A DNA stretch of 64,000 nt from an uncultured delta proteobacterium (GTDB lineage: Bacteria; Desulfobacterota; Binatia; Binatales; Binataceae), in assembly GCA_963747845.1 (NCBI GenBank), contig CAVVGR010000009.1, forward strand, positions 137,865 to 201,864, read 5' to 3'. A program made the translations under genes and the position numbers. The notes below the pieces were generated by a model. It was not told the DNA's origin and ran no database searches. It worked only from the letters and a program-made list of their open reading frames with translations. Below, in pieces: positions 22,956 through 33,706 of this stretch (position 1 is the stretch's first letter; the number at the start of each line of letters is the position of its first letter).

Positions 22956-23776
22956 TCAGTTCAGAAACGCTTCGGCGTTCTCGTCGATCACGCCGCCGCG
23001 CAGCACGGTCGCATACACCCCGACGCTGGCGGCATTGTACTGCGCAGCGGTCTTTAGAATGCCGAGGTCGCGTGGTAATTCGCTCTGCGCCAGCGTGGTT
23101 ATGACGCAGCGGCGAGTAGGACGTTTGATATGAAAGCGGACGTGCGGGCCGATCGCCAAAGTGTGACCCACCCAATCGTTCTCAACAAATGAGCGCTGGT
23201 CCGGCGGCGTGTAGATCACGATATTCGGCCGGAACCGTCGCGCGTCGAAATAGCCGGTCGGATACAGTGCGGTAAGAGCGCTCAGGCTCGCAGTGGTCAA
23301 GATGTGTACAGGATCGCCATCGAAAAAGCTGTTTTCCAGGATCGCCTCGTGCGTCAGCTCATCGCGATGCGCGAGGTTATCGACGTTCGGCCAATATTTC
23401 TCGACGTGCGGTCTCGAGGCGCCGCCGCAGGCTATAGTGACTTTGCGACCCAGAAACTCGCCCAGGATCCTGGCAGTTTCGGGTCGGTCAGTCCGGAGGC
23501 AAACGCCATCGGGCAGCGTAATCAGGGCGGGCGGCATGGTCTCATCCGACTCGAAGGCTCCACGAAACGCGCCTTGCAGGTCAATAAGGACCCCCATTTG
23601 CGGGGGTTCTTCGCACTACCCAAGTTGCCCGTGCTCTCATCGACCAAAGCATATGCACGATCGCCAAGGATGCCGCGTTCGGTCACAACCGCCGTTTCAA
23701 CGCGCTCGCCCATCATCGACTTCACCGGATAGCGCCATAATGCTCCTACCGAACCGACCACTCCCGCCACGCTCAT
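22956..23776 (-). CDS. MOSC-domain protein, frameshift near 23590
   Basis: LWRYPVKSMMGE, GDRAYAL, RRFRPNIVI, RCVITT. Confidence 0.88.
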
Positions 23777-23863
23777 GCAGCGCCTCTCCTTAGATAAGCA
23801 GGGAAACGAAACCGGCCGCCGGCTTCAGACGACGGACCGATTCGCGCCGCCTGGCGGCCGTGC

Positions 23864-25318
23864 TCACGCCGCCGTCACGCTCGAGCGCGCAGGTTTGAGC
23901 GGCGCCTCAGCCCCAGCTGAGGGAGCATGCTCGACGTAGACGGTCTGACGCACCTGTTCCGTAAATCCAGTTCGGCGACGTAGCATCATAAACCAACCCA
24001 TACCGATCAGCACATATCCCACGAAGATGTAGGGAAAAATGTTCACTGGCCACGACGGTACTGGATAAACGCTGCCGACCGCGGGAACCAGCAGTAAAGC
24101 TACGGACGCTGCAGAGAGTGCTATATCTCGTCCTCGTAAAATGCCGGTCCGCTTCAAATAAGCCGGCGCCGCGAGGGAAATCAGAAAGTAACCTCCGAGA
24201 AATCCGAATGCGCCGAAGGTGCCGGCGTCGTTAAAGGCGTCGAGAATGTCGAGCTTGAAAACCACGGTCAAAATTGTCGCGGACAGGAAGATAAGTATTG
24301 CCATCAAGGTGACTGCGACGTGCGGAGTCTCATTTTGGTCGTGCGAACTACCGACCGCGCGATGAAAAACGCCGAGCCGTCCCATCGGGTAAAGGATGCG
24401 CGCGCCCGAATTCATGCAGGACAACGCCAGCGAATAGAAACTCAACATCGCCCCGGCCGAGATCGGCACCTTGAGCCAGCCGACATTCATCATGTCGGAG
24501 AGCACGTTGAGTGGTGCGTCGATCTTATCGAGGGTCGTCTTATACCCCGTGAAACCCAGGACCTCGGTATAGGTGACAAATACGAAGAATACCCCGGTCA
24601 GGAGCAGACTAACGATCACTGCTCGCGGAATAGTCTGCAAAGGATTCCTTGCCTCTTCGCCAAAAGCGGTCGCACACTCAAACCCCACGAGGCTGAAGAT
24701 GGCGACGACCACCCCGAGGCTGATTCCCGAGAATGATCCTCCCTGCAGCGTCAGCTGATTGGCATCGAAAACCGACTTCTGGCCAAACAGCACGATGCTA
24801 CAGAGCAGCAGGATCAGGGCGACGGATAGTCCCTCGATTACCAGCATCAGACCGCTGGAGAGCCGGATATCCTTGTATCCGAGATACCAGATACTTCCCG
24901 CGCAGACCACAAAGAGCGCCATCTGGGGTACGTGAACGCCGGCCATTCCGAACAGCGTGCTCGCGAAGATCGTGAAGCCCGTCATCCCGGCCGTACCGAT
25001 AAACAGGTACGCCCAGATCAAGCACCAGCCAGCGACGTTGCCCGTGGTGGTGCCCAGACCCATAACGCTGTAGCCGTACATCGAACCGGCCGAAGTTGAC
25101 CGGCGGGCAAATTGGTTAAGGTTCAACGCGACGAACAGCAGCATAACCGTGCCAAACAAATACGCCAGCCAGCCTGCATTGCCCGCAGTGCTATACATCA
25201 ATGGGATAATTAGAGCAGCCGTCATCGTCGGCGAAATCAGAGTTATCGCCATCGCCGTGACTCCACTAAAGCCCAGGCAATTGGCGCGCAATCCCGTAAG
25301 CGTATCTTTGTTTTCCAT
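23864..25318 (-). CDS. APC family amino acid/amine permease
   Basis: About 12 TM helices; SAGSMYGY, FSLVGFECATAFGEEARNP. Confidence 0.9.
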   Translation of the reverse strand: MENKDTLTGLRANCLGFSGVTAMAITLISPTMTAALIIPLMYSTAGNAGWLAYLFGTVMLLFVALNLNQFARRSTSAGSMYGYSVMGLGTTTGNVAGWCLIWAYLFIGTAGMTGFTIFASTLFGMAGVHVPQMALFVVCAGSIWYLGYKDIRLSSGLMLVIEGLSVALILLLCSIVLFGQKSVFDANQLTLQGGSFSGISLGVVVAIFSLVGFECATAFGEEARNPLQTIPRAVIVSLLLTGVFFVFVTYTEVLGFTGYKTTLDKIDAPLNVLSDMMNVGWLKVPISAGAMLSFYSLALSCMNSGARILYPMGRLGVFHRAVGSSHDQNETPHVAVTLMAILIFLSATILTVVFKLDILDAFNDAGTFGAFGFLGGYFLISLAAPAYLKRTGILRGRDIALSAASVALLLVPAVGSVYPVPSWPVNIFPYIFVGYVLIGMGWFMMLRRRTGFTEQVRQTVYVEHAPSAGAEAPLKPARSSVTAA

Positions 25319-25379
25319 CGCGTGTGCTTCTCCTGACCACTTTTTTCAGGCGCGGTCCGCCCGAGCAGAAGTGATTTCT

Positions 25380-25439
25380 TGCCTGACAGGCACTTTGCAA
25401 GAGATATGCCTGACAGGCAACTAGTCGACCTGTCAGGCA
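25380..25439 (-). promoter_or_regulatory. sigma54-type -24/-12 promoter overlapped by three TGCCTG(A/T)CAGGCA palindromes
   Basis: Minus strand GG-CATATCTCTT-GC (25397-25410); palindromes at 25380-25392 and 25407-25419, degenerate copy at 25427-25439. Confidence 0.65.
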
Positions 25440-25812
25440 ATCAAGGCGAAAATTAACCCGATAGGCGGGCCGCATGACTCGGCTATAGTCAGATGGCGCC
25501 GAAGCGAGCAGCCGACCGGGCGGCGGGCTGCGGTTGGACTGGCGCATTTCTCACGCCAGACCTGCCCCGTCCAAGAAGGTTGGCGTTTCGGCGCCAATCG
25601 CGCTGAACACTGATCTCCAGGCCGCGCGCCCGCTCACGCCCCGATGCGAAACTCCAAAGTCCCCTTCGAAATGTCGATATAGAGAGAATCTCGCCAATCG
25701 TCGCAACATCGTGAGCGATGGAGATTTCTCTGCGGGACTTCTGGCTCAAAGTCGCCGTGCGCGCGGGCAGTTCGTGATCTGCAGCCTTAATTTCTCTGCA
25801 TCGGAGACTCGC

Positions 25813-25902
25813 CGGCGGAGGGGGTGGGATTCGAACCCACGAGGGACTTTCATCCCTGCCGGTTTTCAAGACCGGTGCCTTCAACCACTCGGCCACCCCT
25901 CC
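25813..25902 (-). tRNA. tRNA-Ser (TGA)
   Basis: GGAGGGGTGGCCGAGTGGTTGAAGGCACCGGTCTTGAAAACCGG...long variable arm...GTTCGAATCCCACCCCCTCCG; ends CCG rather than CCA. Confidence 0.95.
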
Positions 25903-25907
25903 TGAGA

Positions 25908-26861
25908 TTATGGATTTATCGGATTCGCGCCGGCGGCGCGACTGTTCAGCTCTCGTGCAACCACTTGGCGGTCGCGGTGTAAACCCGCCTCGCGCGTCGC
26001 CTTCGCATTCGAGGCGCCGCGCAGCCGCGTCGCGTAATAGACGGCATCGGCGCCGAGCGTTTCCAAAGCCGCTTGCTCCGTGACATGGGGCGGCTCCGGC
26101 GCTGCGGCCGAGCGCGCAAAGGCGGGCAGCCATACGTGCTGAGGAGTGGGATCGCTGTCGACTACATTGTAAGAGCCCGGTGCACAGTCGAGCGCCGCGA
26201 CCGTTGCCGCCGCGGCATCATCTATATGTACCCAGCTCGACACGCCCTCACCGGCACCGATGATCGGGCGCTGCTGTTGACGGACCTGCTCACCGATGTC
26301 GCCGTCGGCGCTGTACCAGGTGCCGGGGCCATAGAAAAATCCGTATCGGAGCACGACGCATTCCGCATCCGCGGTCCGCGTCACCTCCGACTCCAGTCCC
26401 AGGTACCTGCGAGCGCCGGCTGACACTGCGGGCGACGCGTCAATCGCAAACGGCGCGGACTCATCGGCGAGTCCCGCGCCCGGTGCGTACCAGAATCCCG
26501 ACGACTGCAGAATGTAACGGCGTACGCCCGCATCCTTCAGCGCCGAGAGCAGGTTGGCGTTTCCTTCGATGCGGACTTTGGCGTCGCGGGCGGCCGCGGC
26601 TTTCATTTCCGCCGGCGTGTAATGGCGGGGCAGCGCAGTCAGCTCATTGATGATGGCGTCGGGCCGAATGCGCGCGATCGCGGCTCTGACCGCGACCGGG
26701 TCAAGCGCATCGGCGATGACCGCACCAGCGCCCGCATCAGCCACTGCCCGCGCCGACTCCGCCGAGCGCGCGAGTCCAAACACCAAATGACCGGCATCCT
26801 TTAGACGACGAATCAGCGGCAATGCCATCGCGCCAGTCGCTCCAGCCAGCAGGAAGCCCAT
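25908..26861 (-). CDS. NAD-dependent epimerase/dehydratase family protein
   Basis: [34 protein letters not shown]. Confidence 0.88.
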   Translation of the reverse strand: MGFLLAGATGAMALPLIRRLKDAGHLVFGLARSAESARAVADAGAGAVIADALDPVAVRAAIARIRPDAIINELTALPRHYTPAEMKAAAARDAKVRIEGNANLLSALKDAGVRRYILQSSGFWYAPGAGLADESAPFAIDASPAVSAGARRYLGLESEVTRTADAECVVLRYGFFYGPGTWYSADGDIGEQVRQQQRPIIGAGEGVSSWVHIDDAAAATVAALDCAPGSYNVVDSDPTPQHVWLPAFARSAAAPEPPHVTEQAALETLGADAVYYATRLRGASNAKATREAGLHRDRQVVARELNSRAAGANPINP

Positions 26862-27199
26862 CGCAACACCCGCGCGTTTATCGCGCTATCACCGCTCTCC
26901 TGTTTCGATCCTCGCGCCAGGGCACGGCCCACCGCTTCCGGTTCGCGCGCAATCACGGTCAAAAATATGCGAGCTGTGCTATCCGGCGTTCGGCGATGCT
27001 GTTCCCAATCCTGCACCGCGTCGATCGCAAGGCCGAACCGGCGGGAAAATTCCGCTTGCGAGCACCTCAGCTTTTTTCGCAGCGCCTCAACGTCGACGCC
27101 GTCCGGCACATGCACGAAGAACTCATCGGTGATTTCTACGCGCGCGATAGCACGAGCTTCCCTCGCTGCCTTGATCAGCCTTGTACCGATCTTAGACAT
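26813..27199 (-). CDS. HigA2-like HTH antitoxin
   Basis: [39 protein letters not shown]; 3' end uncertain. Confidence 0.85.
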   Translation of the reverse strand: MSKIGTRLIKAAREARAIARVEITDEFFVHVPDGVDVEALRKKLRCSQAEFSRRFGLAIDAVQDWEQHRRTPDSTARIFLTVIAREPEAVGRALARGSKQESGDSAINARVLRWASCWLERLARWHCR

Positions 27200-27550
27200 G
27201 GCGCCTCGCCCTCTTTCTGTATTCCAGGACGATATCTCCCAAAATTCCCTTCAACTCGTTGCGTTCCGCTTTGCTCAGGTTTGCTTTCTCTCCCTTGCGA
27301 TAGATGGCCAACAAAAACACCGGCAGGTCTTTGCCGGAATAGAATGTGATCACTCTATAGCCGCCGCTCTTTCCCTTGCCACGCCCCGCGACGCGGACCT
27401 TGCGGGCAGCACCAGTACCGCTGATCTCGTCGCCAGCAAGGGGATCGCTGGCGACAGTCTCGACCACCGTTTCCCTTTCGCGCTCTGTCGGCCACTAGCT
27501 TTGGCGTCAGCCAGATAGGACGGTGTCTCGACGACCGTATGCATTGGCAA
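27192..27550 (-). CDS. RelE/HigB2-like toxin, frameshift near 27490
   Basis: [10 protein letters not shown]...[27 protein letters not shown]...[15 protein letters not shown]. Confidence 0.85.
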
Positions 27551-28590
27551 TGATATACGGCATTGCCGGAGATCTCAAAAGGTCTATCGATCCAACGTCA
27601 TTCTTTGCGGCGGCCTCATCCTGCCACAGCTTGATACCGCCGAGCAGGCCGTCGGTATTGCTCACTGCCTTGACGTTCGGCGGCAGCTCGAAGTTGATTG
27701 CCGCCGCGTTGCCGCCGCCGATATACAGCCGGTCGTAGTTGAAGGTCTTCGCCAGCTCGTCAATCGCTTCGCGCAGGTGCTTGTTCCATTTCTTCTTGCC
27801 CCTCTTCAGGAACGCCTCGTTGCCGAGCTCGTCTTCGTAGGTCTTCCCGTTGTGAAACGGATGATGCGCCAGCTCGAGATGCATCCGATGGCCGTCCACG
27901 AACAGCACCGATCCGAAGCCCGTGCCGAGCGTGATGACCAGTTCGTCGCCATGTCCTGTGACGCAACTGAGTCCCTGCACGTCGGCGTCGTTGGCGATTC
28001 GCACCGGCCGCTCGAGCTTCTTCTTCAACGCCGCCTCGAGCGGAAAATTTTCCCAGCCCTTGCCGAGATTTGGGGCGGTGTACACGACGCCATTCTTGAT
28101 GACCCCCGGAAATCCCACCGATACGCGGTCGAAGTCGCCCGCAAGCTTTGCGAGCTCCGCGATAATCGCAAGCAGCTTTTTCGGCGTCGCGTTATGCGGC
28201 ATTTTAATATTCTGCCGCTCGGTGATCATCTTGCCCTTCTCGTCCAGTGCCGCCGACTTGATTCCGGTGCCGCCAACATCCACCGCGAGCGTGACGATCG
28301 ACTTTGGCGCCGCCGTCTTGCGGGAGCCGCCGGTTTCGGCGCCGCGGCTGCTTTGCGGCAATCGGCTTTGGGGGCGCGTGGCTTGCTCGACCGCCGGCTT
28401 CGGCGCCGCCGGCTTCGCGGGTGCCTGTGGTTTCGGGGCCGTCGATGGCTTCGCGGCGGCCGCTGGCGTCGGCGCCGTCACCGGCTTTCGGCGAGGATGG
28501 CTTCGGAGCCGCCGGTGGCTTTGCGGCCGCTTGCCCGTTCGCAAGTGGTTCTGCGGCCGGGGAAATCTTCTCGAGTTGTTCTTCTTTCAT
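27507..28590 (-). CDS. ROK family kinase (polyphosphate glucokinase-like) with Pro/Ala/Lys-rich N-terminal extension
   Basis: AVDVGGTGIK, SVGFPG, NDADVQG, TLGTGFGS, ELAHHPF, YIGGGNA; frameshift in the N-terminal extension; ends approximate. Confidence 0.82.
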
Positions 28591-28667
28591 CTCCTCACTC
28601 TTTTACGAATCTATGTCCGGGATTCGCTTTTTATATAGCAAACCGCGTTTGCGCGCATACTTGTGGC

Positions 28668-30038
28668 ATGTGCTCGCCGCGACGTGGTAATTCAGGCGTC
28701 GCGCATCGGCGCGGGACGCCTTCTTTGCAATCGCGGATAGCCAATTACTTCGGACTCGAGGCCGCCGGCACCACGTTTCGCCGCGAGGTGGTGGCGGGAA
28801 TCACCACCTTCGTCACCATGTCCTACATAATCGCCGTCAACCCCGCGATTCTGAAAGCCGCTGGCATCCCCGAAGGACCTTCGATGGTCGCGACGGTGAT
28901 GACCGCGGTGGTCGGCACGCTGGTGATGGGTCTTTACGCCAATCGCCCGTTCGCGATCGCGCCGTACATGGGCGAGAACGCGTTCATCGCCTTCACCGTC
29001 GTAAAAGTTCTCGGCTACAGCTGGCAGACCGCGCTCGCTGGCGTATTCATCGCCGGCGCGACGTTCGCGGTGTTGACCGTCGTGCACGTGCGAAGCTGGC
29101 TCACCGACTCGCTGCCGCCCGGCCTCTCCTACAGCTTCGGCGTGGGCATCGGGCTGTTCCTCAGCTTCATCGGGCTCAACGAATGCGGCATCGTCGCCAT
29201 CGGAATCCCCGGCGCGCCGGTGCGCCTGGGCAATTTCGCGATGCCGTCGGTCGAAGTCGCGATCATCAGCTTCATCCTGATCGCGATTCTGCTGATCCGC
29301 CGCGTGCCCGGCGCAATCCTGCTGGGGATTCTTGTCTCCGCCGCAATCGCGTTCGTAACCGGCGTCGCCAAGCCGCCGCCGGCATGGATCTCGATGCCGC
29401 CGAATCCGGCGCCGATCGTGCTGGCGCTCGACCTGCGCTCCGCGTTGAGCTTCAGATTCTTCCCCGTCATGCTGACAATCTTCGTGATGACACTGGTTGA
29501 CACGATGGGCTCGCTAATAGGCGTCTCCGCGCGCGCAGGATTTCTCGACGCCAACGGCACGCTGCCGCAGATCGAGCGTCCGATGCTCGCCGACGCGATC
29601 GCGACGATGTTCGCGGGCCTCGTCGGCACCACCACTTCCGGCGCGTACGTCGAGTCCGCGGCGGGCGTCCACGTCGGCGGGCGCACGGGGTTGACCGCGG
29701 TCGTGGTCGCGATACTGTTCGCGCTGTCGCTGTTCTTCGAGCCGCTGGTTGCCGCGATTCCGGCCACCGCCTATGCGCCCGCCCTGGTCCTGGTCGGCGC
29801 GATGATGATCGAGTCGGTCGTCAAGATCGACTTCAACGACTACACCGAAGTGATTCCCGCCTTCGCCGTCATCGCGCTGATGAGCTTCACCTACAACATC
29901 GGCGTCGGCATCACGGCCGGCCTGGTGCTGTATCCGCTGTTCAAGCTCGCGGCCGGCCGCGCGCGCGAGGTCCATGCGGGACTCTGGATGCTGTGCGCTC
30001 TGTCGCTTCTGTTTTACGTTTTCTATTCCCGGCAATAG
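28668..30038 (+). CDS. NCS2/AzgA family purine (adenine/guanine/hypoxanthine) permease
   Basis: EVVAGITTFVTMSYIIAVNP, APYMGENAF, YVESAAGV..GGRTGLTA. Confidence 0.9.
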   Translation: MCSPRRGNSGVAHRRGTPSLQSRIANYFGLEAAGTTFRREVVAGITTFVTMSYIIAVNPAILKAAGIPEGPSMVATVMTAVVGTLVMGLYANRPFAIAPYMGENAFIAFTVVKVLGYSWQTALAGVFIAGATFAVLTVVHVRSWLTDSLPPGLSYSFGVGIGLFLSFIGLNECGIVAIGIPGAPVRLGNFAMPSVEVAIISFILIAILLIRRVPGAILLGILVSAAIAFVTGVAKPPPAWISMPPNPAPIVLALDLRSALSFRFFPVMLTIFVMTLVDTMGSLIGVSARAGFLDANGTLPQIERPMLADAIATMFAGLVGTTTSGAYVESAAGVHVGGRTGLTAVVVAILFALSLFFEPLVAAIPATAYAPALVLVGAMMIESVVKIDFNDYTEVIPAFAVIALMSFTYNIGVGITAGLVLYPLFKLAAGRAREVHAGLWMLCALSLLFYVFYSRQ

Positions 30039-30158
30039 CGTCAGGATTAACCAGGCGTGCGAAGACTTGCGTAATTGACAAATGGGTTCAATTGAGCTTG
30101 ATGGAGATTACGCCTGCTCTCACGGTCTGCGAGAGGGCAATCTGGCCAGAGGTGCGGA

Positions 30159-30440
30159 AATGACTGTCTTCAGGAAACAATTCGCCACCGCCGACCCTTA
30201 CGAAGATTGGCTCTCGGACGCCAGCGGCCGGATCAACGTGCTGGCGATCACCAACGCGCCGCACGTTTTCGGCACGGCAGATCGGACGCATAGCGGCCCG
30301 GTCACGATCACTTATCAGACCAACGATCAGTCGCTGGCTCCTCCGCGGAGCATGGCGTCCAAAATCATCCAGATAGCGATCGTCGGAGCCGCTCTTCTTC
30401 GCCGCGTTCCTGTTCCTGGTTTCAAAATTTTAGGCGGCGC
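30159..30440 (+). CDS. Small hypothetical protein, probably membrane-anchored
   Basis: GAGG RBS before ATG; ends in a hydrophobic stretch; end uncertain (possible frameshift). Confidence 0.4.
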
Positions 30441-32473
30441 TAGTCGGTGCGATCTTCATCGGCCGGCGCGGGACTCAGCGAGCCGGGCGCACGCGCGATA
30501 TGATCGGGCGTCAGCCGCAGCTTGCGCGTCTGCTCGTTGAAGAGTTGCGCATAGACGCCGGCGCGCTTCACCAGATCCGCGTGCGATCCGACCTCGACTA
30601 TTTTCCCGCGATCGAGCACGACGATCACGTCCGCGTCGACGGCGCTCGCGAGCCGATGCGCAATCAGGAACGACGTCCGCCCCTTCATCAGGCGGCGCAC
30701 TGCATCGTGAATCAGGTTCTCGACTTCGGAATCGAGTCCCGAGGTCGCTTCGTCGAGAATCAGAATCGGCGGGTTCTTCAGGAACACGCGCGCGAGCGCG
30801 AGGCGCTGCCGCTGTCCGGTCGAAGGCCGCACGCCGCCCTCGCCTATCATCGTGTCGAGCTTGTCGGGCAGCGAATCGACGAAGTCGCGGATGTTGGCCT
30901 GCTCGAGTGCGCGCCAGACATTCACGTCGGGCGCGCCGGGGCGGCCATATTGCACGTTCTCACGAATCGACGCGCTGAACAGAATCGCGTCCTGCGGCAC
31001 GATGCCGATCGAATCGCGCAGCGACTTGAGCGTCACGGTCGAGATGTCGATGCCGTCGATCAGGATTCTGCCACCTGCCAGCTCGTAGAAGCGCGGGATC
31101 AGGCTCGCGAGCGTGGTCTTGCCGGCGCCCGACCTGCCGACCAGCGCAACCGTTGTCCCGGCCGGCACGGCGAGGTTCACGTCGTCGAGCGTGATGCGAA
31201 TCGGACCGCCGTCGAGCGGCTTGTAGCCGAAGCTCAGGTGTTCGATTTCGACCAGGCCGCTTTTCACTTTCAGCGCCGGCGCGCCGGGCCGGTCGTGCAC
31301 CTCGGGCGTCTCGTCGAAGAACGCGAAGATGCGCTCGATGGCTGCCAGAGCCGTCGCCACAATGATGGACAACTCGGAAAATCGCTGCAGCGGCAGGTAG
31401 AGCGCGGGAAGAAGGCCGAAGAACGCGACCACGGTTCCGATCGTCATTTTGCCGTGCATGATCATCAGCGCGCCCGCCCAGACGACGATCAGCGGTGCGC
31501 CGCGCGAGATGAACTCGGTGAACATCTGATGGGTTGACGAAAGCTTCACGCTCTCGATCGTCAGGTCGTACATCTCGGTCGTGCGCTGATGGAAGCGGCG
31601 CGCCTCGTCGGCCTCGCGCGCGAACGATTTGACCGTCGAGATTCCGGCGACGCGCTCCTGCAGCTCGCCGGAAAATTCCTCGACCACTTCCTGCAGGTCG
31701 TGACTCGTCTCCTTGATTCGCGGCGACAGAATCCTGATCACGGCGACGTAAAATGGAACGATGATGAGCGAGATCCACGCCAGCCGCACGTTCAGAGAGA
31801 ACAACAGCCAGACCACGAAGCCCAGCGACACGCCGTCCATCCAGATGTTGATCATCGCCGAGCCGACGAAATTCTGCGCCATCGAGATGTCGGAGATGAA
31901 TCGCGAGACCACCGCGCCCGAAGTCGTGCGATCGAAAAACGAATGCGACAGCCGCTGCATATGTTTGTAGAGCGCATAGCGCAGGTCGAAGATCAGCCGA
32001 TGACCCGCCATGCTCGCCCAGTAGTTGCGGTAGTAGGTCGCGATCGCCTGCACGATGAACAGCGCGAACAGCGCAGCGGTCAAAGCTTCGAGCTTGGCGG
32101 ACGATCCCGCGCCAAGATGAAGTGCGGTGGCAATCGCGATGCACCAGCGGTCGATCATCGAGTTCAGCTGCTCGGGATGCGGCTGCGGAACCAGCAGAAC
32201 GTCGAAGACGTATTTGAAGGCGAGCGGAAACGCGAGCGGCAGCGTGAACTTCAGGATACCCATCACGGAGCCGCCGGCCACCAGCCATAGATGCGGGCGG
32301 ACGTAGCCGAGGAAGCGAACCAGGGCAGTCGGCGGAACTATGCGGTCGAAGATCCGGCCGAGAAAACCGCGGCTTCGTTGGTCTGGTTCGTCGGGAGCGC
32401 CAGCCGGTTCCGCGGAGGAACAGTCGGGCGCCACCGGCGCGCCGGTGGTCACAGCAGAACTACGATTTGGCAT
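30440..32473 (-). CDS. ABC exporter, fused permease/ATPase (Sav1866/YgaD-like)
   Basis: TMD plus GRSGAGKTT, STGQRQR signature variant, ILILDEATS. Confidence 0.9.
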   Translation of the reverse strand: MPNRSSAVTTGAPVAPDCSSAEPAGAPDEPDQRSRGFLGRIFDRIVPPTALVRFLGYVRPHLWLVAGGSVMGILKFTLPLAFPLAFKYVFDVLLVPQPHPEQLNSMIDRWCIAIATALHLGAGSSAKLEALTAALFALFIVQAIATYYRNYWASMAGHRLIFDLRYALYKHMQRLSHSFFDRTTSGAVVSRFISDISMAQNFVGSAMINIWMDGVSLGFVVWLLFSLNVRLAWISLIIVPFYVAVIRILSPRIKETSHDLQEVVEEFSGELQERVAGISTVKSFAREADEARRFHQRTTEMYDLTIESVKLSSTHQMFTEFISRGAPLIVVWAGALMIMHGKMTIGTVVAFFGLLPALYLPLQRFSELSIIVATALAAIERIFAFFDETPEVHDRPGAPALKVKSGLVEIEHLSFGYKPLDGGPIRITLDDVNLAVPAGTTVALVGRSGAGKTTLASLIPRFYELAGGRILIDGIDISTVTLKSLRDSIGIVPQDAILFSASIRENVQYGRPGAPDVNVWRALEQANIRDFVDSLPDKLDTMIGEGGVRPSTGQRQRLALARVFLKNPPILILDEATSGLDSEVENLIHDAVRRLMKGRTSFLIAHRLASAVDADVIVVLDRGKIVEVGSHADLVKRAGVYAQLFNEQTRKLRLTPDHIARAPGSLSPAPADEDRTD

Positions 32474-32538
32474 GCGCGAGAGTTTAGCAGGGGGGCGGGA
32501 AGCAGAAAATACGTCGAAAAGGCATCCCGGAATTTGGA

Positions 32539-32583
32539 CCCTCACCCGCCGCGCTGCGGCGGCCTCTCCCTGACAGGGAGAGG
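32539..32583. repeat. REP-like repeat
   Basis: CCCTCACCCGCCGC..GCGGCGG-CCTCTCCCTGACAGGGAGAGG. Confidence 0.65.
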
Positions 32584-33702
32584 CTAGGCGGCCGCTGAGA
32601 TGCGGTCGATCATTGCCGGGATTTTGCTGCGCTTGCTGTGGCCGGTGAGGCCGGCAGCTGCGATTCGCTCCATGTACTCTTTCACTACCAGCTTGATGAA
32701 CTTCGCGGTTGCGACTCGGCCCTTGTCGACCTGCGCCTTTTCGAGTCCGCCGCCGCATATGATGATCATCGGCTCGAGCAGCTCGGGACTGCCGATCAAT
32801 CCGAGCAGCGCGTGCTCGGTGTGATCGAGGTACGCTTCCATCGTGTTCACTTCGAGCGGGCGATGCTTCAAGTGATAGCGCAGTTGGCCGAGGCCGTACG
32901 CAGTCTGGCGCGCGGCATCCTGCATCGCGTAGCGCATGATCTTGCGATCGACGTTGGTCGGCGAGAATGCTGCTACCTGCCGATACAGCACGAGCAGAAA
33001 TCCGGCCAGCGACATGTTTATCGAAACCGATCCCTGCGGATAGTGATCAGCCCACAGCCATTCCTTGAGTCCCTGCTCCGCCGTGGCGCTCGCGCGTCCA
33101 AGTCCCGCGCCGCCGAACAGCGCGCGCTTGCGAAACACCTCGAACAGGCGCGACGCGTCGAGCATCTGCGCGCACATCCAGCTCTTCTGCTCGAGGAAGT
33201 CCTGGTTGATGAGTGGCACCCACTTCGACGGGAAGTCCATCGACACGATCTGGCATTCCTGCAGGAACGTGTAGAGCTGCGCGCAGGCCATCTCGAGCTC
33301 GGGCGGCAGCGGATGCGCGTGCAGTTCGCCCCATGCGATATCGGTGGCCGGGACCCAGCGCCGCGCTTTCACCTCTTCGTAAAGTTCCGCGACGTTGTCC
33401 GACCATACGTCTGACTTGCGATTGACGACGTAGCCCATGTCGGGCAGCTTGCCGACCTTCTCGCTCCCGCGCGACACCATCGACTGGCTCGTGCGCACGT
33501 CCTCGGGAATATCGGTATAGCCGTAGGTGCCGACGTTGAGATCCTGGTAGGTAAGTCCGCGCTTCGGATCAGACGGGCGGCCGCTGATGCGCTCGGTCTT
33601 GGCGTCGTACCAGTGCAGGCCGAGGTTTCCCTCCATGACCTTTTGCGCGGCCATGAGGACCGTTTCGTCAACCGTGTAATCCTTGTCAGCGTAAAATGCC
33701 AT
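32584..33702 (-). CDS. Ferritin-like protein lacking diiron ligands (putative structural beta subunit)
   Basis: Colinear with 33795-34940 but with ECQ, DASRL, LAG, DAARQ at the ligand positions. Confidence 0.75.
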   Translation of the reverse strand: MAFYADKDYTVDETVLMAAQKVMEGNLGLHWYDAKTERISGRPSDPKRGLTYQDLNVGTYGYTDIPEDVRTSQSMVSRGSEKVGKLPDMGYVVNRKSDVWSDNVAELYEEVKARRWVPATDIAWGELHAHPLPPELEMACAQLYTFLQECQIVSMDFPSKWVPLINQDFLEQKSWMCAQMLDASRLFEVFRKRALFGGAGLGRASATAEQGLKEWLWADHYPQGSVSINMSLAGFLLVLYRQVAAFSPTNVDRKIMRYAMQDAARQTAYGLGQLRYHLKHRPLEVNTMEAYLDHTEHALLGLIGSPELLEPMIIICGGGLEKAQVDKGRVATAKFIKLVVKEYMERIAAAGLTGHSKRSKIPAMIDRISAAA

Positions 33703-33706
33703 AGAA

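Noticed and set aside
23864-25318. APC permease as the missing GadC
   Set aside because: It is 5 kb from gadB, inside a separate tRNA-bounded islet with its own sigma54-like promoter, and lacks clear GadC features
27777-28667. Apparent 753-aa NCS2 permease with a long N-terminal extension
   Set aside because: The extension is the antisense of the ROK gene; the real start is near 28668
28590-28668. Possible purine riboswitch upstream of the NCS2 permease
   Set aside because: The gap is short and lacks the conserved purine-riboswitch core
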